A program made the translations under genes and the position numbers. The notes beneath the pieces are model-generated. The model was not told the origin of the DNA. It saw only the letters and a program-made list of their open reading frames with translations, and did not search any database. Below, piece after piece: positions 52,641-64,000 of a stretch of DNA of 64,000 nt. Origin of the DNA: Octopus sinensis (lineage: Eukaryota). The stretch lies in the NCBI RefSeq assembly GCF_006345805.1, contig NC_043005.1, positions 34,038,001 to 34,102,000 of the forward strand, in the 5' to 3' direction. Positions within the stretch are counted from its first letter, which is position 1; every line of letters starts with the position of its first letter.

Positions 52641-53087
52641 TATGAGGTTTATGATTATTGATGACTGTAGGCATGGAGTGAGAGAGAGAGGGGGGGAGAG
52701 TGAAACGGAGAGAGAGGGGAAAGAGAGAGAGAGTGAAAGAGAGAGAGAGAGAGAGGAAAAGCAAGAGTCACTACTTTGTCTTTCCCTTCTCCCACAACTA
52801 GTGTTTTCATTATCATGTTTCAAATCATGTGCTATTCATCCTACTTTTGTCATTCTTTCTATTGCTGTTACCAATGACTGAAATCAGAAAAAAGCACAAG
52901 AAAAAAAAAGGAAAGGACAAAACAAAGAAATTTTGTCTGCATATATCCTGAAGTCGTGACTACTACCCCAGCAGTCCTGGTGACATTTCATAGTGTGTGT
53001 GAGTGTGTGTACATGTATACACACACACACACACACACATACACACACACACACACACACATACATATATATGTGTGTGTGTGTGTG

Positions 53088-53420
53088 AAGGTGCATGACT
53101 CAGTGGTTAGAGTATCGAGCTTATGATCATGAGGTTGTGAATCTGAATCCCGGACTGGGCTGCGTGTTGTGTTCTTGAGCAAGACACTTTATTTCATGTT
53201 GCTCCAGTTCACTCAGCTGTAGAAATGAGTTACGACGTCACAGGTGCCAAGCTGTATTGGCCTTTGCCTTTCCCTTGGATAACACTGGTGGCATGGAGAG
53301 AGGAGGCCAGTATGCATGGGCGACTGCTGGTCTTCCATAAACAACCTCACCCGGACTTGTGCCTGTGAGGGTAACTTTCTAGGTGCAATCCCATGGTCAG
53401 TCATGACTGAAGGGGGTCCC
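53088..53420 (+). mobile_element. Full-length tRNA-derived CORE-like SINE
   Basis: Head tgactcagtggttagag..tctgaatccc; ttcttgagcaagacactttatttc CORE-like segment. Confidence 0.7.
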
Positions 53421-53421
53421 A

Positions 53422-53471
<50 letters not shown>

Positions 53472-53620
53472 ATGTGAGGGTGTTTGACTGAGTATGTAGT
53501 ATGAGCATGTTTAAATTTTTTTTGTCATTTAAAGAAAGTCAGGTGTTTGTAAAATTATGTGTGTATGCATGTGTACATGCACACACATACATATATGCAT
53601 GGATCAAAACAATTTAATTA

Positions 53621-53730
53621 AAATTCATTGGTACTCCTAGTTTCAGGCTTGATGCTAGTCTTCGGCCATTTTGAATTCAAAATGGCTGAAGACTAGCATC
53701 ATGCTTGAAACTTGAAGTACCAACGAATTT
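53621..53730. repeat. 110-bp imperfect hairpin, centre GAATTC, arms hammerhead-like
   Basis: Arms are reverse complements; right arm TGG-CTGAAGA-ctagcatcatgctt-GAAAC-ttgaa-GTA-CCA. Confidence 0.8.
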
Positions 53731-54122
53731 GAATCAAACTGTTTTAATCCATATATGTAACTCCCAATAAATTTGTTGAATACCCTTCTTTTGTTTGTCC
53801 ACTCACTTGTGTGTGTGTGTATAGAAACGTTAGCACGCTGGGCGAAATGCGTAGATGTATTTCATCTGCCGATACGTCCTGATGTCAAATTCCGCCGAGG
53901 TCGACTTTGCCTTTCATCCTTTCGGGGTCGATAAATTAAGTACCAGTTACGCACTGGGGTCGACGTAATTCGTTTGTCGGTCCTTGTTTGTCCTCTCTGT
54001 GTGTAGCCCCTTGTGGGTAGTAAAGAAATATATATATATATATATAATCACCATCATCATTTATCATTTATCTTGCATATTCCATAAGTTGGATAGTTTG
54101 ACAGGATTTGAGAATGTGGGTA

Positions 54123-54360
54123 TATATATAATTACATTATTTATATTTGACGGATATTTGTCCTCATCTTGTTTGTTGTTAACACGTTTTGGCTGATATA
54201 CCCTCCAGCCTTCATCAGGTGTATTGGGGAAATTTTGAACCTGGCTTCTCATTCCTAAGGTATTTTTTGATGTTATTATTATTATTATTATTAAGGTCAC
54301 TGCCAGGAATTGAACTCAGAATCTTGGGGTTGGTAGCCCGTGCTCTTAACCACTATGCCA
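54123..54360 (-). mobile_element. tRNA-headed SINE-like element with hammerhead-like motif (left arm of inverted pair)
   Basis: Minus: A box TGGCATAGTGG, B box GAGTTCAATTCC, (TAA)n, then ACAC-CTGATGA-A-GGCTG..CAGCC-AAAAC-GTGTT. Confidence 0.75.
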
Positions 54361-54625
54361 TATAGCGTAGAGCGCAGGCTACTAACCCCAAGATTCCGAG
54401 TTTGATTCCAAGCAGTGACCTTAATAATAATAATAATAACATCAAAAAATACCTTAGGAATGAGAACCCAAGTTCAAAATTTCCCCAAGACACCTGATAA
54501 AGGCTGGAGGGTATATCAGCTGAAACATTGTGTTAACAACAAACAAGATGAAGACAAATATCCGTCAAATATAAATAATGTAAATAATGTACATAATTTC
54601 ATATCTCTTAAATATAGAACTGTAA
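54361..54625 (+). mobile_element. tRNA-headed SINE-like element with hammerhead-like motif (right arm of inverted pair)
   Basis: Same element on plus: ACAC-CTGATAA-A-GGCTG..CAGCT-GAAAC-ATT-GTGTT at 54490-54534. Confidence 0.75.
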
Positions 54626-55560
54626 TGATACGAGTAGGTCAATCCATGAACAACTGCTTTGACCTACTTTGCTTGGGGTGTAGTCTGGAAGTCTACAATC
54701 TAAAGTTATTGTCCTTTGTTCTGTCAGATTCACGAAAGAGTGATGGCTTTTGGAAAGACCCCTACCCTTTTCCCGGTCAGGGAAGGGTCAAGGAAACTAC
54801 CCTATAAAAAAGCAGGAGCTGTGAATCTGTGAGTCAGTCGGCCAGAGAAACTGAGGTGGTAACAAGGCAGATGGGATTACGAAGGAAGCGGCCAGTTGAG
54901 AAAGACAGACACACAATCTGAGAGATGACAGGCGAGAGAGTGACAGTGACAGCGTAGAGGAAGACAGACAGATGATATTACAGAACTAGGAGAGAGAGAC
55001 TACGGTGTAAGGCATTGGCTGTTGTACGGTATGTGTTAATTGTTGTATTGATGTTGAAATGTAAAAGAGTTGATGTGCTGGAAAAAAGAGATCATAAAGG
55101 ACATTGTGAATTAAGTAAAAGACTTGTCGAAAAGAAAGAACAGTGCTAAAGAGACTTTAAAAGAAGGAGAATGACTTTGAACTGTATCGTGAACATTAAT
55201 GTGATTTGAACATTGTATAATGTATTGATTTGTTGTTTTCTTTAAATGCTTTTGATTTGATGTATCGTTGTTTTGATTTGATCTGAACTTATTTGTCTAT
55301 GAACTGTATAATTGTATAAACCGTTGTTAAATGTAGCCAATTGCCTTCCGCCGTCTCTCTTTGTGTCTCTTCCTACTGTTGTTGCTGATTGGTATCTCCG
55401 GTCGCCAGTTTCGCTGCTGCCATTCTTCCCCGCCGAATTCTCTCTTTCCGTGGTGAACTTTCCCCGATCGATCGAGCCAGTCAATCGTTGTCGCTCGACT
55501 TGGTAGGGTCCTGGGTTTTTCCCGAAGAGTTTGAGCGACGGCAGGTAGGATTCCGTAACA
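54626..55560 (+). mobile_element. Solo LTR, 935 bp (Gypsy-like by its 4-bp TSD)
   Basis: TGATACG...CGTAACA termini (TG..CA, imperfect inverted), 4-bp TSD GTAA at 54622-54625 and 55561-55564, TATAAAA at ~54802. Confidence 0.78.
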
Positions 55561-55611
55561 GTAATATATATAATTGTATGTATATGTATAATATATGTAT
55601 ATTTATGTATA

Positions 55612-55733
<122 letters not shown>

Positions 55734-55746
55734 GTATATATATATA

Positions 55747-55778
<32 letters not shown>

Positions 55779-56269
55779 ATATATATATATGTATATATAT
55801 ATATATGGCCTGCTCGCTTACCCAGCGGGGTGGCATCGTTCGAAGGATAAAACAATGCGACCACATTGTGACCAGCGATGTGTAGCAACATCTGATGGTC
55901 TGGTCAGTCATGTGATCACGTAATATATATATATATATAAATGATGATGGTAATTATATTGGTCAAAATATATTGGTCAAAATAAGGAGTGTGTTGCATT
56001 AAGTGAATATTTTCAGAAGTCAAAATGTATTGTAATAAACAAAGGGATAAAAAGACATACTAAATGCTCTGAATGCACAGACACACAGAGAACAAACCAT
56101 GGTCACGAATTCCTCATCAGTTATCGGCCAGGCTCTGGTGCTGTTATGTGGCACCAGCATTGGTTATTTTATGTGGCACTTGCATTGGTGTTTTTTACAT
56201 GGCACTGGCACATGTCTCTTGCAGGCCAATCCTCTTCAGCAGGGGTAGAGGCATTAACATTTCTGCTGT

Positions 56270-56600
56270 GGAGGACAGGTCTTCTAGAGGACAGCAAAGT
56301 GCCAGATATCTCAGTCCTTTGTCCCCTCCTCCATGAGGTTCAGTGTTCTGAGATCGTCTTTCAGTACTTCATCTCATGTCTTCCTAGATTGCCCTCTTCC
56401 ATTAGTTCCATCCACTTTGAGTGATCAGCACTCCTTTATGGAGCTGTTGACATCTGCATCACATGACCAAGGTAGCACAGTCTTCTCTCTTACAGACTGC
56501 ATATAATTCCTCTTATACCTAACTTTTCTCTCATCATCCAAGCACTCTATCATGCATGTACACTTACATTGCACATCCAGTGGTGCATACTAGCCTCTAT
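56270..56600 (-). mobile_element. RTE LINE 3' fragment I
   Basis: Reverse complement similar to the HWMCNVSV..REKLGIRG..CSL*ERRLC segment of the other copies. Confidence 0.7.
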
Positions 56601-56639
56601 TGACTATCACTCATCTCCAATCCAAGACCTTCCCTGAAA

Positions 56640-57083
56640 TGCTATACAATGTGGAAAAAAACAAATGGGTTTCATAGAATACCATCTAATGATCATTATT
56701 GTGTGCATGAAGATCAACCCCTTTAACTGAGGATGCATCCTGGATTAGGAAGAGTGAAGAGGGTGATTTTGATGTTATGATGGTGCAGAAATCAGTGAGT
56801 TAGTAAGATTGTTCCCAATGCAAAATATAGAAACTTCATTTAACAACATCAGTACAGCATAGCACAGGTTATTGAACTCATGATTATGATTTTTGGAGTG
56901 AGTGGAAAGCTGATAAACCCAGGAAATAAATCATATCAACTTTCAACCTGAAGGTGAATGTTGAAGGTAATCTAACAAAAGCAAAGTTTTTAGATGTTAT
57001 GTTTGACTTAACAGCAGTTTCATGTGAGCCATTCAATAACTAAAAAAAAAACACCTCATTATATATCCATGTAAAATCAAATT
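56640..57083 (+). mobile_element. Penelope-like RT remnant
   Basis: GDFDVMM.. and KFLDVMFDL..EPF..YIHVKSN resemble PLE DFDVTMG and FLDV.FDL..KPF..YI..SNHP motifs. Confidence 0.55.
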
Positions 57084-58119
57084 ACACTGTGTAACAAAAT
57101 TTTAATTAATTAATTTATTTTTGTCTTTGGTCAGTAAGTGTTGTTTCTTATTTGATTCTATCTAGAAATCAGAAGAAATTACTACTATTACCTTCAAATT
57201 TTGCTTTTGTAATCTGGACATTAATGTTTTGAAACTAATTTATTTTCCATTTCAGATAGATTCAGTGCTGAATTGCTGAATCAGAAATATTGTTTTAGAA
57301 AATATTCTGCTCAGAACCACAGATTTGCTTGTCACTTACTTGACCATAACCACTTGAGCATGTCCCTTAGTAGTTGACGATGTGTTTTTCTGATCATGAG
57401 CAGGAGCATAACAGTCAATATGTTGAGAGGGATTGTTTAGGTTTTGAATAAATGTAACAAAAGCAAAGTTTGATAGAAATATTAACCACTTTTCATACTT
57501 TCTAAGGGTAAGCAAATAGGAAATAACAGTTGCTATCCAAGGATAAAAACCAAAAATGATATTTATTTCAGTAACTCCAGAGGAATAAACATTGAGGGTG
57601 ACCTGAGCTAAATTTGAACTTGAAATATAAAGGGTTTGATCTACCATATGGCATTTTGATCACCATTTACAATTTCTTTCTGCCAGTCTACTGTAAACTA
57701 ATGGTTTCTGATATTGGCACCGGACAATGTTCTTCTGTTCTTGGTGCTCCACCAACTTAACTTATTGTTCAGCCTTTAAACAGTTGCTTGACCTGCTAGA
57801 AATAGCAAGAAAATCATCATCAGATGACACCCCACTATTAAAAGAAGAGAAAGAGAAGCCAGATAATATAAACCCACATGTGTAATGTTCCAGTAAAAGA
57901 TGGAATGGTCATAGATGGCACATTTTTCAGGCATAAGTCTATTTGTTCAAGACTGACCTGCAGCAACAACAACAATTGTAAAATAATGTGTATCTTTTAA
58001 TCAGTTTATAACACTGGTCTACAAGGTGTTTGGTGTTTAGACAATAGACGTCATTCCTATACAAAATCGGTCTCCTGAATCCAAATATAACCTTCTTTTT
58101 GACCTATTAGATCTAGTTT

Positions 58120-59737
58120 TTAAGTTATTGAGCCTTATAATCACGTGGCGACTGCTATTTTTGTAACCTAAATTTGAAGGGTAATAACTGGAAAAAAAAT
58201 GACAAACGCTTGTCTATTCTAATCTTGCCTTTGCTATTAGACCGGTTCCACACAGTGAAGAGCTTCCTGTTCCTGCCTTCAATGTCTTGCCTCAGATAAC
58301 TTTACCCTCAACCAAAGAAGATTCATTACCTGAAGATGACCGCTGAGATCAAGACTTTGCAGTTGAGACTTTACCTCAGCAGTTCTCCCAGATAGAGTTG
58401 AGTGATCTAGTTCATGACTTGAACCTCCCCCAAAACTCTGCAAAACTGTTGGCTTCCTGACTGAAAGAGAAGAATCTTTTAGAGGATGATGTCTGTATAA
58501 CCTTTTATCAGAGTCGGCATGAAGAGTTTCTTTCTTTCTTCACATAAGAGGAAGAGCTGGTTTACTGCAGGAGATGTCAGTGGGCTTCTTAATAAACTTG
58601 GCATTGAGGAATACAAAGCAGAGGAATGGTGTCTTTTTATAGACAACTCTAAGCATAGTTTAAAATGTGTATTGTTGCACACTTGGCCACTCAAGAACTC
58701 TGAAGGTAAGATATGAAGAAATTAAGTTGATTTTATAGAAGATACTGTATCATGATCATAAATGGGTCATCTGTGTTGACTTAAAGATGGTGAATTTCCT
58801 CATGGGACAGCAATCTGGTTGTACAAAATACCCATGCTTTCTTTGCATGTGGGATAGTAGAGACCGAGTAAACCATTATGTTAAGAAAGACTGGTTGCCT
58901 CAAACAAATATGGCTCCATGTAGAGCTGCCAATATATCGGAAGAACTTTTAGTTGAGCGAGATAAGATCATTTTCCTCCCTTTGCACATCAAACATGGAT
59001 TGATCAAGCAATTCATCAAAGATCTTGACAAAAATGGGAAGTGCTTCAAGTATATCTGCGGTGTATTTCCCAGACTTGACGACTGAAAAACTTAAAGCAG
59101 GGATTTTTGATGGACCACAGATCCGTAAGCTCTTGAAGGACACAAATTTCATGAAAATGATGAGTGAAAATGAATTATCAGCTTGGTTAGCTTTGAGAAA
59201 CACAAAAGTGAAAACTATAAAAACTTTGTTACCAACTTGGTATCAACTTTTTGTGATATTGGAGCGAATATGAGCATCAAAGGGAATTATCTTTTTAGTC
59301 ATCTTGGTCGTTTTCCTGAAAACTAGCAATGAACAAGGCAAACAATTCCATCAAGACATCAAGGAGATGGAAACTCAGTACCAAGGACTATTGCTGGTGT
59401 TTAAAACGAGATACTCCTGTTGCTTAACATTCACAGTGCACAAAGAAGCGTAAATTTATTCCTTGAATTTTCTGCCAAACATATTTGCCAATGTGCATTT
59501 TCAATTTTGAATTTTTATTTGTTTTGTTTTGTTTGGTTTTGTGTTACACTCTCTTTATTGATTCATATTATATGCCTTGTGTACGAATAAAATACTTACT
59601 CTATCAGGTCTGTTTCAGAAAACTAGACCTGGTAGAGACAAACTGATGTTATTTTTGAATTTAGCAGGCAAAATCACTTACAAATTCTTTGAAATATTTT
59701 AGGCATCAGACAAATAAAATTTTTTTGTTGCCCAGTG
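58120..59737 (+). mobile_element. Chapaev3-like (CMC superfamily) transposase pseudogene with right TIR
   Basis: AIRPVPHSEELPVP, GQQSGCTKYPCFLCMWDSR, LPLHIKHGLIKQFIK, EKLKAGIFDGPQIR, EQG..FHQDIKEMETQYQG; right end ..ttgttgcccagtg|TAA (CACTG TIR, TWA site); family name from recalled motifs. Confidence 0.7.
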
Positions 59738-60719
59738 TAATCTATCTGTCAGAAGCTTGTAATTTTACTTAAACCAGAACAAAGCAAGCAATTTAAAAAA
59801 ATTTTTTTAAATGAAATAAAAATGTTAAAAATACAAAAAGATAAAGAAAGAAGATTCAGGACCAAATAATGCAAAATGATTATTTTAAGAATCAGAATTA
59901 AAACCTAAAATTTTATCGCAAGTTTGTTGAATTCCAATGTGAATAAGGCAAATGAGCAAAACATTGAAAATTGTTGTTGTGTAAAAATGTTTCTAAATTA
60001 GCAGCGATTATAAAGATATTCATTATTTGCTCATCTCTTTCAAAGAAATATTATGTGTATCTGTGTGTGTTTGCACAGTTCTAAGGAGAATCGCGTGTGT
60101 GTTTGTTTATTTCAAGAGCAATGTGAGCTGTATGGGGAAGAGGACAAAAGCAATCAAGTTCTTTAAGAATTTAGATGCCAATCCCCTTAGGAGTTAATAT
60201 GAAATAAAATCAGGACAGTTAATTAAAATAAAAAAATAAAAAATTGACACATAAAAAATTTTGTAAATCACAATAGCAATTTTCCACAATTAGTTGATTT
60301 ATTGTCTTAAAAAAATAAAGCATATTATTTTGCGTTGATGTTTGTATTTTTAAGACAAGCATCTCAAAATACATTCTTCAATTTCCATACATGTGGTTTT
60401 TGGTTCAGTAGTGAATGAAAAAGGCAAGTCAGTTGGTGGAATCATTAGAGAGTTGGATAAATATATTTTGTAGCTTTTGCATTCTGGGTTCAAATCTTGC
60501 CAAAGTTACCTTTGTCTTTCATTATCTTTAGTAAGTCAATGAAATAAAGTAACAGCCACATAGTGTAGGAGAAGGTGTAATTGTATATAGGAAGAGACAT
60601 GACTACGTGATTAAGAAGTTTGCTTTCCAACTACATTGTGCTGAGTTCAGTCTCACTGCCTTGGGCTGACCAAACCCTTGTGAGTGGATTTGGTAGATGT
60701 AGACTGAAGAAGCCCTCTA

Positions 60720-62260
60720 CTTGTTGACCATGCAAAAGAATTTTTAGAATATGACCACTTACATTCAAACATGTCTTGCCCTTCTGTACTGAATTCTCAA
60801 CACTATGTTTTTGATCCTGGAAATATCACATTTTTCTTAAATTTTGACATTTGACATCTTATCTTGCCATTTTATATTTCAGATATTGTGCAGACAGTAT
60901 ATGTGAAAGGTTTCAAGTTTCTTTATATGTCTGTAGTTGGGAGTCCATGCTTCTGCCCAGTACAAAAGTGTGCTCAAGATTTATATACATTTATTTTAGT
61001 TTTCAGACTGACACCATGTTCATCCCTTAAATGATGGGACAGTTTTCCAAAAGCACTTGTAGCCTTAGATATTCTAACATTGATTTCACCATCAAGAGTA
61101 TTCTTGAAGTTTACTATACTTCCAAGATATATTTAAATGACTTGACCTATTTGACTGGCTTATTGTCAATCATTGCATTTGAATCTTGAGTATGTTCTGT
61201 CCTAGGCTTTGGTTAGAGTAAAACTTCAATCTTCTTAATGCTAATAATCAGCCAAAATACACAGGCTGCTACAGTAAACCTGTCAACTATTTCTTGAATT
61301 CCTTCAAATATATAAGAAATCAAAGCACAATCAGCAACAAGCAGAAAATCATGTACAGTCACTTCTTTGTTTTTTTTTCTTCAATCTGAAGTGTTGTCCA
61401 TTTAGTTTTAGTAAAATTCTGTCTGTGCAAAACTGAAATTTTACACCTTCATGGTAATCCTTAAAAGCATATTGGAAGAATTTTGTACCAGGGCTAAAAC
61501 ACAGCTCTGTTTTAGTTCCTGTGGAAGCAGAAAATGCCTCTGAACATTGACCATTAGATATCACTGGTACCATCATTTCTTCATGCAAAGATAGTATTAC
61601 TCTTTTCATTTTATTGGGAAGACCAACTTTTAGTAAAATTTTGCCAAACACCTCATGATTCACTATATCAAAAACCTTGGTCTAGTTAACAAAGACTATA
61701 TACAAGTCAGTATTTTGTTTATATGCATTTTTAAAAAACTTGCCTAAGGGCAAAAATTATGTCAATTGTGCCTCTCTCAGCCAGAAATCCACATTGGGTT
61801 TTAGAATATATGATGTTTACTACCTGCTTATTGATGCAGTTAAGAATCACCCTCACAAGAATTTTGTCAGTTATGCACAACTAATTTATTCCCTTGTGAT
61901 TATCACATACATTATTTTTCCTTTGTTTTTGTGCAAGTGCATTACAGATACATCTTTGAACTGTTGGACAACACATTCATTTTCCTGGATCAAATAGATC
62001 AATTTGTGCAGCTTTCTTACAAGCTGTTTACACCATGCTTATATAGTTCTATGTGAATGCTGTCTTGTCTAAGAGCTTTACCACTGGAAAGTTTTTAATA
62101 ATGGTATTTATCTGTCTCTGATAGTTTCTAGATGCTCTAAAAAATCTTTTGTCTATTTCAAACCAATGAGGGAGCCTCTATATAGTTACTCACTCTCCTT
62201 GAAAGAGCAAACATATCTCCCTCAAATTACATCTTAACAATATAAAAGGACACATTGTTT
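60720..62260 (-). mobile_element. RTE/BovB-like LINE remnant (different family, no PHD insert seen)
   Basis: FGKILLKVGLPNKMKRVILSLHEEMM..NGQCSEAFS..GVKFQFCTD (61349-61663). Confidence 0.7.
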
Positions 62261-62887
62261 AAAGTAGTCTTAGAAAAATAAAAAGACAGATGGTCATGAT
62301 TAGAGTGCCATTTATCACAAACCTGTTTGGTCAGGGCTGAGCTAGGGTTAAACACCATCAACCCATTTACATGTGTAAATAGGAAACGTTTTCATTTTGG
62401 AATTATTCGCATTAAAAAAGCTTTAAGTATTTCATTTATTGATTTATTTAGGGTTTTGTAACCATGAGGTTTGAAGATCAATCCCATTGCACCCTGGTAA
62501 ACAGAAATCTCAAGAAAGCCTGTTATAAATGTACTTATGTGTACATGTATGCACATGTGCATGTGTAGATGCATGCACATATATATGCACATGCACACAC
62601 ATGCACGCACATGCAAACACACACAGACACATATGTGCACTCGTGTGCATACAATGGATTTCTTTCAGTTTCTGTCTACCAAATCCTCTCACAAGGCTTT
62701 GGTCAGCCTAGGGCACTGGTAGCTCAAAGTGCTACACAGTTAGAATGAAACTGAAAGTCTGTGACTGGGAAGTTAACTTAACCACACAGTTATGCCTGCC
62801 TGCCTGCATGCATGCATGCATGCATGTATGTATGTATGTATGTATGTATCTATAGATAGAGAGATAGATGGACAGATAGATAGATAG

Positions 62888-62984
<97 letters not shown>

Positions 62985-63539
62985 GTATCTATGTATCTAT
63001 GTATGTATCTATGTTTGTATACATGCTTGCATGAATGCATTTATTTATGTACGTAAATGTTTATCTTTCTGCAAGTATAAATTTCTAATAAGCTACATAA
63101 AATTCCCATGTATTTCTAACAATGGCCCTATCAAAACATATTTTGTTGTGACACTTGAGTTGTTTCAAATAAAACTGAAATGATAACACAGAATGCAATA
63201 AATTTACTGAACTGTTAAAGCAGCAGACAAAATGCTTCGTTCAATTTATTCTGACTTTACATCCTGTGTCCAGGCATGTGTGGTGTACTTGTCTGTATCT
63301 AGCAGACAAAATGATGTCTTGTAAAAAATATATCTGTGGGAAGGGATATATTATCACAAAGCACTTGAGAAGGAGTTTACCAGTGATCATTAGTCAGCCT
63401 GATAGTGCTTAAAGGAAACTAATTATAAAAAAAAACAGTTTAGCACTTTATAAATACTGATTTCCTCATTAACTCTACTGGATGTTTGGGCTAAATTTGA
63501 TGATCTTTTATGTCCCTTTTTTTTTTTTCAGGAACAGAG

Positions 63540-64000
63540 CATAATGATTAAAGTTGTAGTTGAGAAAAAGTTAGCTGACATGGAGAAATGGAAACCATCT
63601 GAATATTGAAAAAGAGCTACTTGTAGCATGAGGATTCACATTGAACATCGAAATGCTGCTCAATGCTCTGTAAACACTGTAAAGACTGCAATCATGATAT
63701 GGACAACTGCAATGGGGACTATGAAGCTGTGGCCAGCAGGAAGAGACACAACAAGTGTTCTGACTGCATCTGCATGCCAGAATTCATTTCCACATCTTTG
63801 AACAGGGCCTTAGGCTCTATTCAGATGATTATGTGAAGCTGCTGAACACTGTGATCAAACACTGGCTGGAGAGGGTTGCTGCCGGAAAGCCTTATGTGAG
63901 GTAGCAGGATTTGGCTCTTTACCATACCTTCAGAAAGAGTTAGAAGTAGATATCACAGAATTTCTACGACCTCACCAGCCCTAATTTATGGTCTCCTAAT
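63540..64000 (+). mobile_element. Tc1/mariner-superfamily transposase remnant running off the window
   Basis: PHIFEQGLR..DYVKLLNTVIKHWLERVAAGKPYV..QD..NFYDLTSPNLWSPN. Confidence 0.7.

Noticed and set aside
54295-54360. tRNA gene (ACC anticodon-like loop)
   Set aside because: No acceptor stem or proper cloverleaf; SINE head. The same applies to the other SINE heads.

Overview
Repeat-dense, AT-rich animal DNA. The repeat families (RTE LINEs with GAT tails, tRNA-derived SINEs, long TA/TG microsatellites) suggest Octopus or another coleoid cephalopod; this is an inference. The only host gene I can support is MOCS2 (molybdopterin synthase) on the + strand, 7785-25102. It has six GT-AG exons encoding two proteins: MOCS2A/MoaD (2 exons, ending ...IPPISGG*; first coding exon not found, probably left of the window) and MOCS2B/MoaE (4 exons, 154 aa). 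Unlike the overlapping vertebrate arrangement, the two ORFs are tandem, in the same frame, and separated by only 12 nt of spliced mRNA split by a 2.5-kb intron. The rest is transposon-derived: about nine RTE LINE copies with a PHD finger inside the RT, plus L1/Tx1, CRE-like and Penelope remnants, SINEs, a solo LTR, an internally inverted Tc1, mariner, hAT and piggyBac-type MITEs, Chapaev3-like and Helentron-like elements. Several hammerhead-ribozyme motifs occur. One has an intact core (5169-5278, minus), and two degenerate ones lie in a head-to-head pair of tRNA-headed SINE-like elements (54123-54625). All calls were made by eye; no database searches were run.
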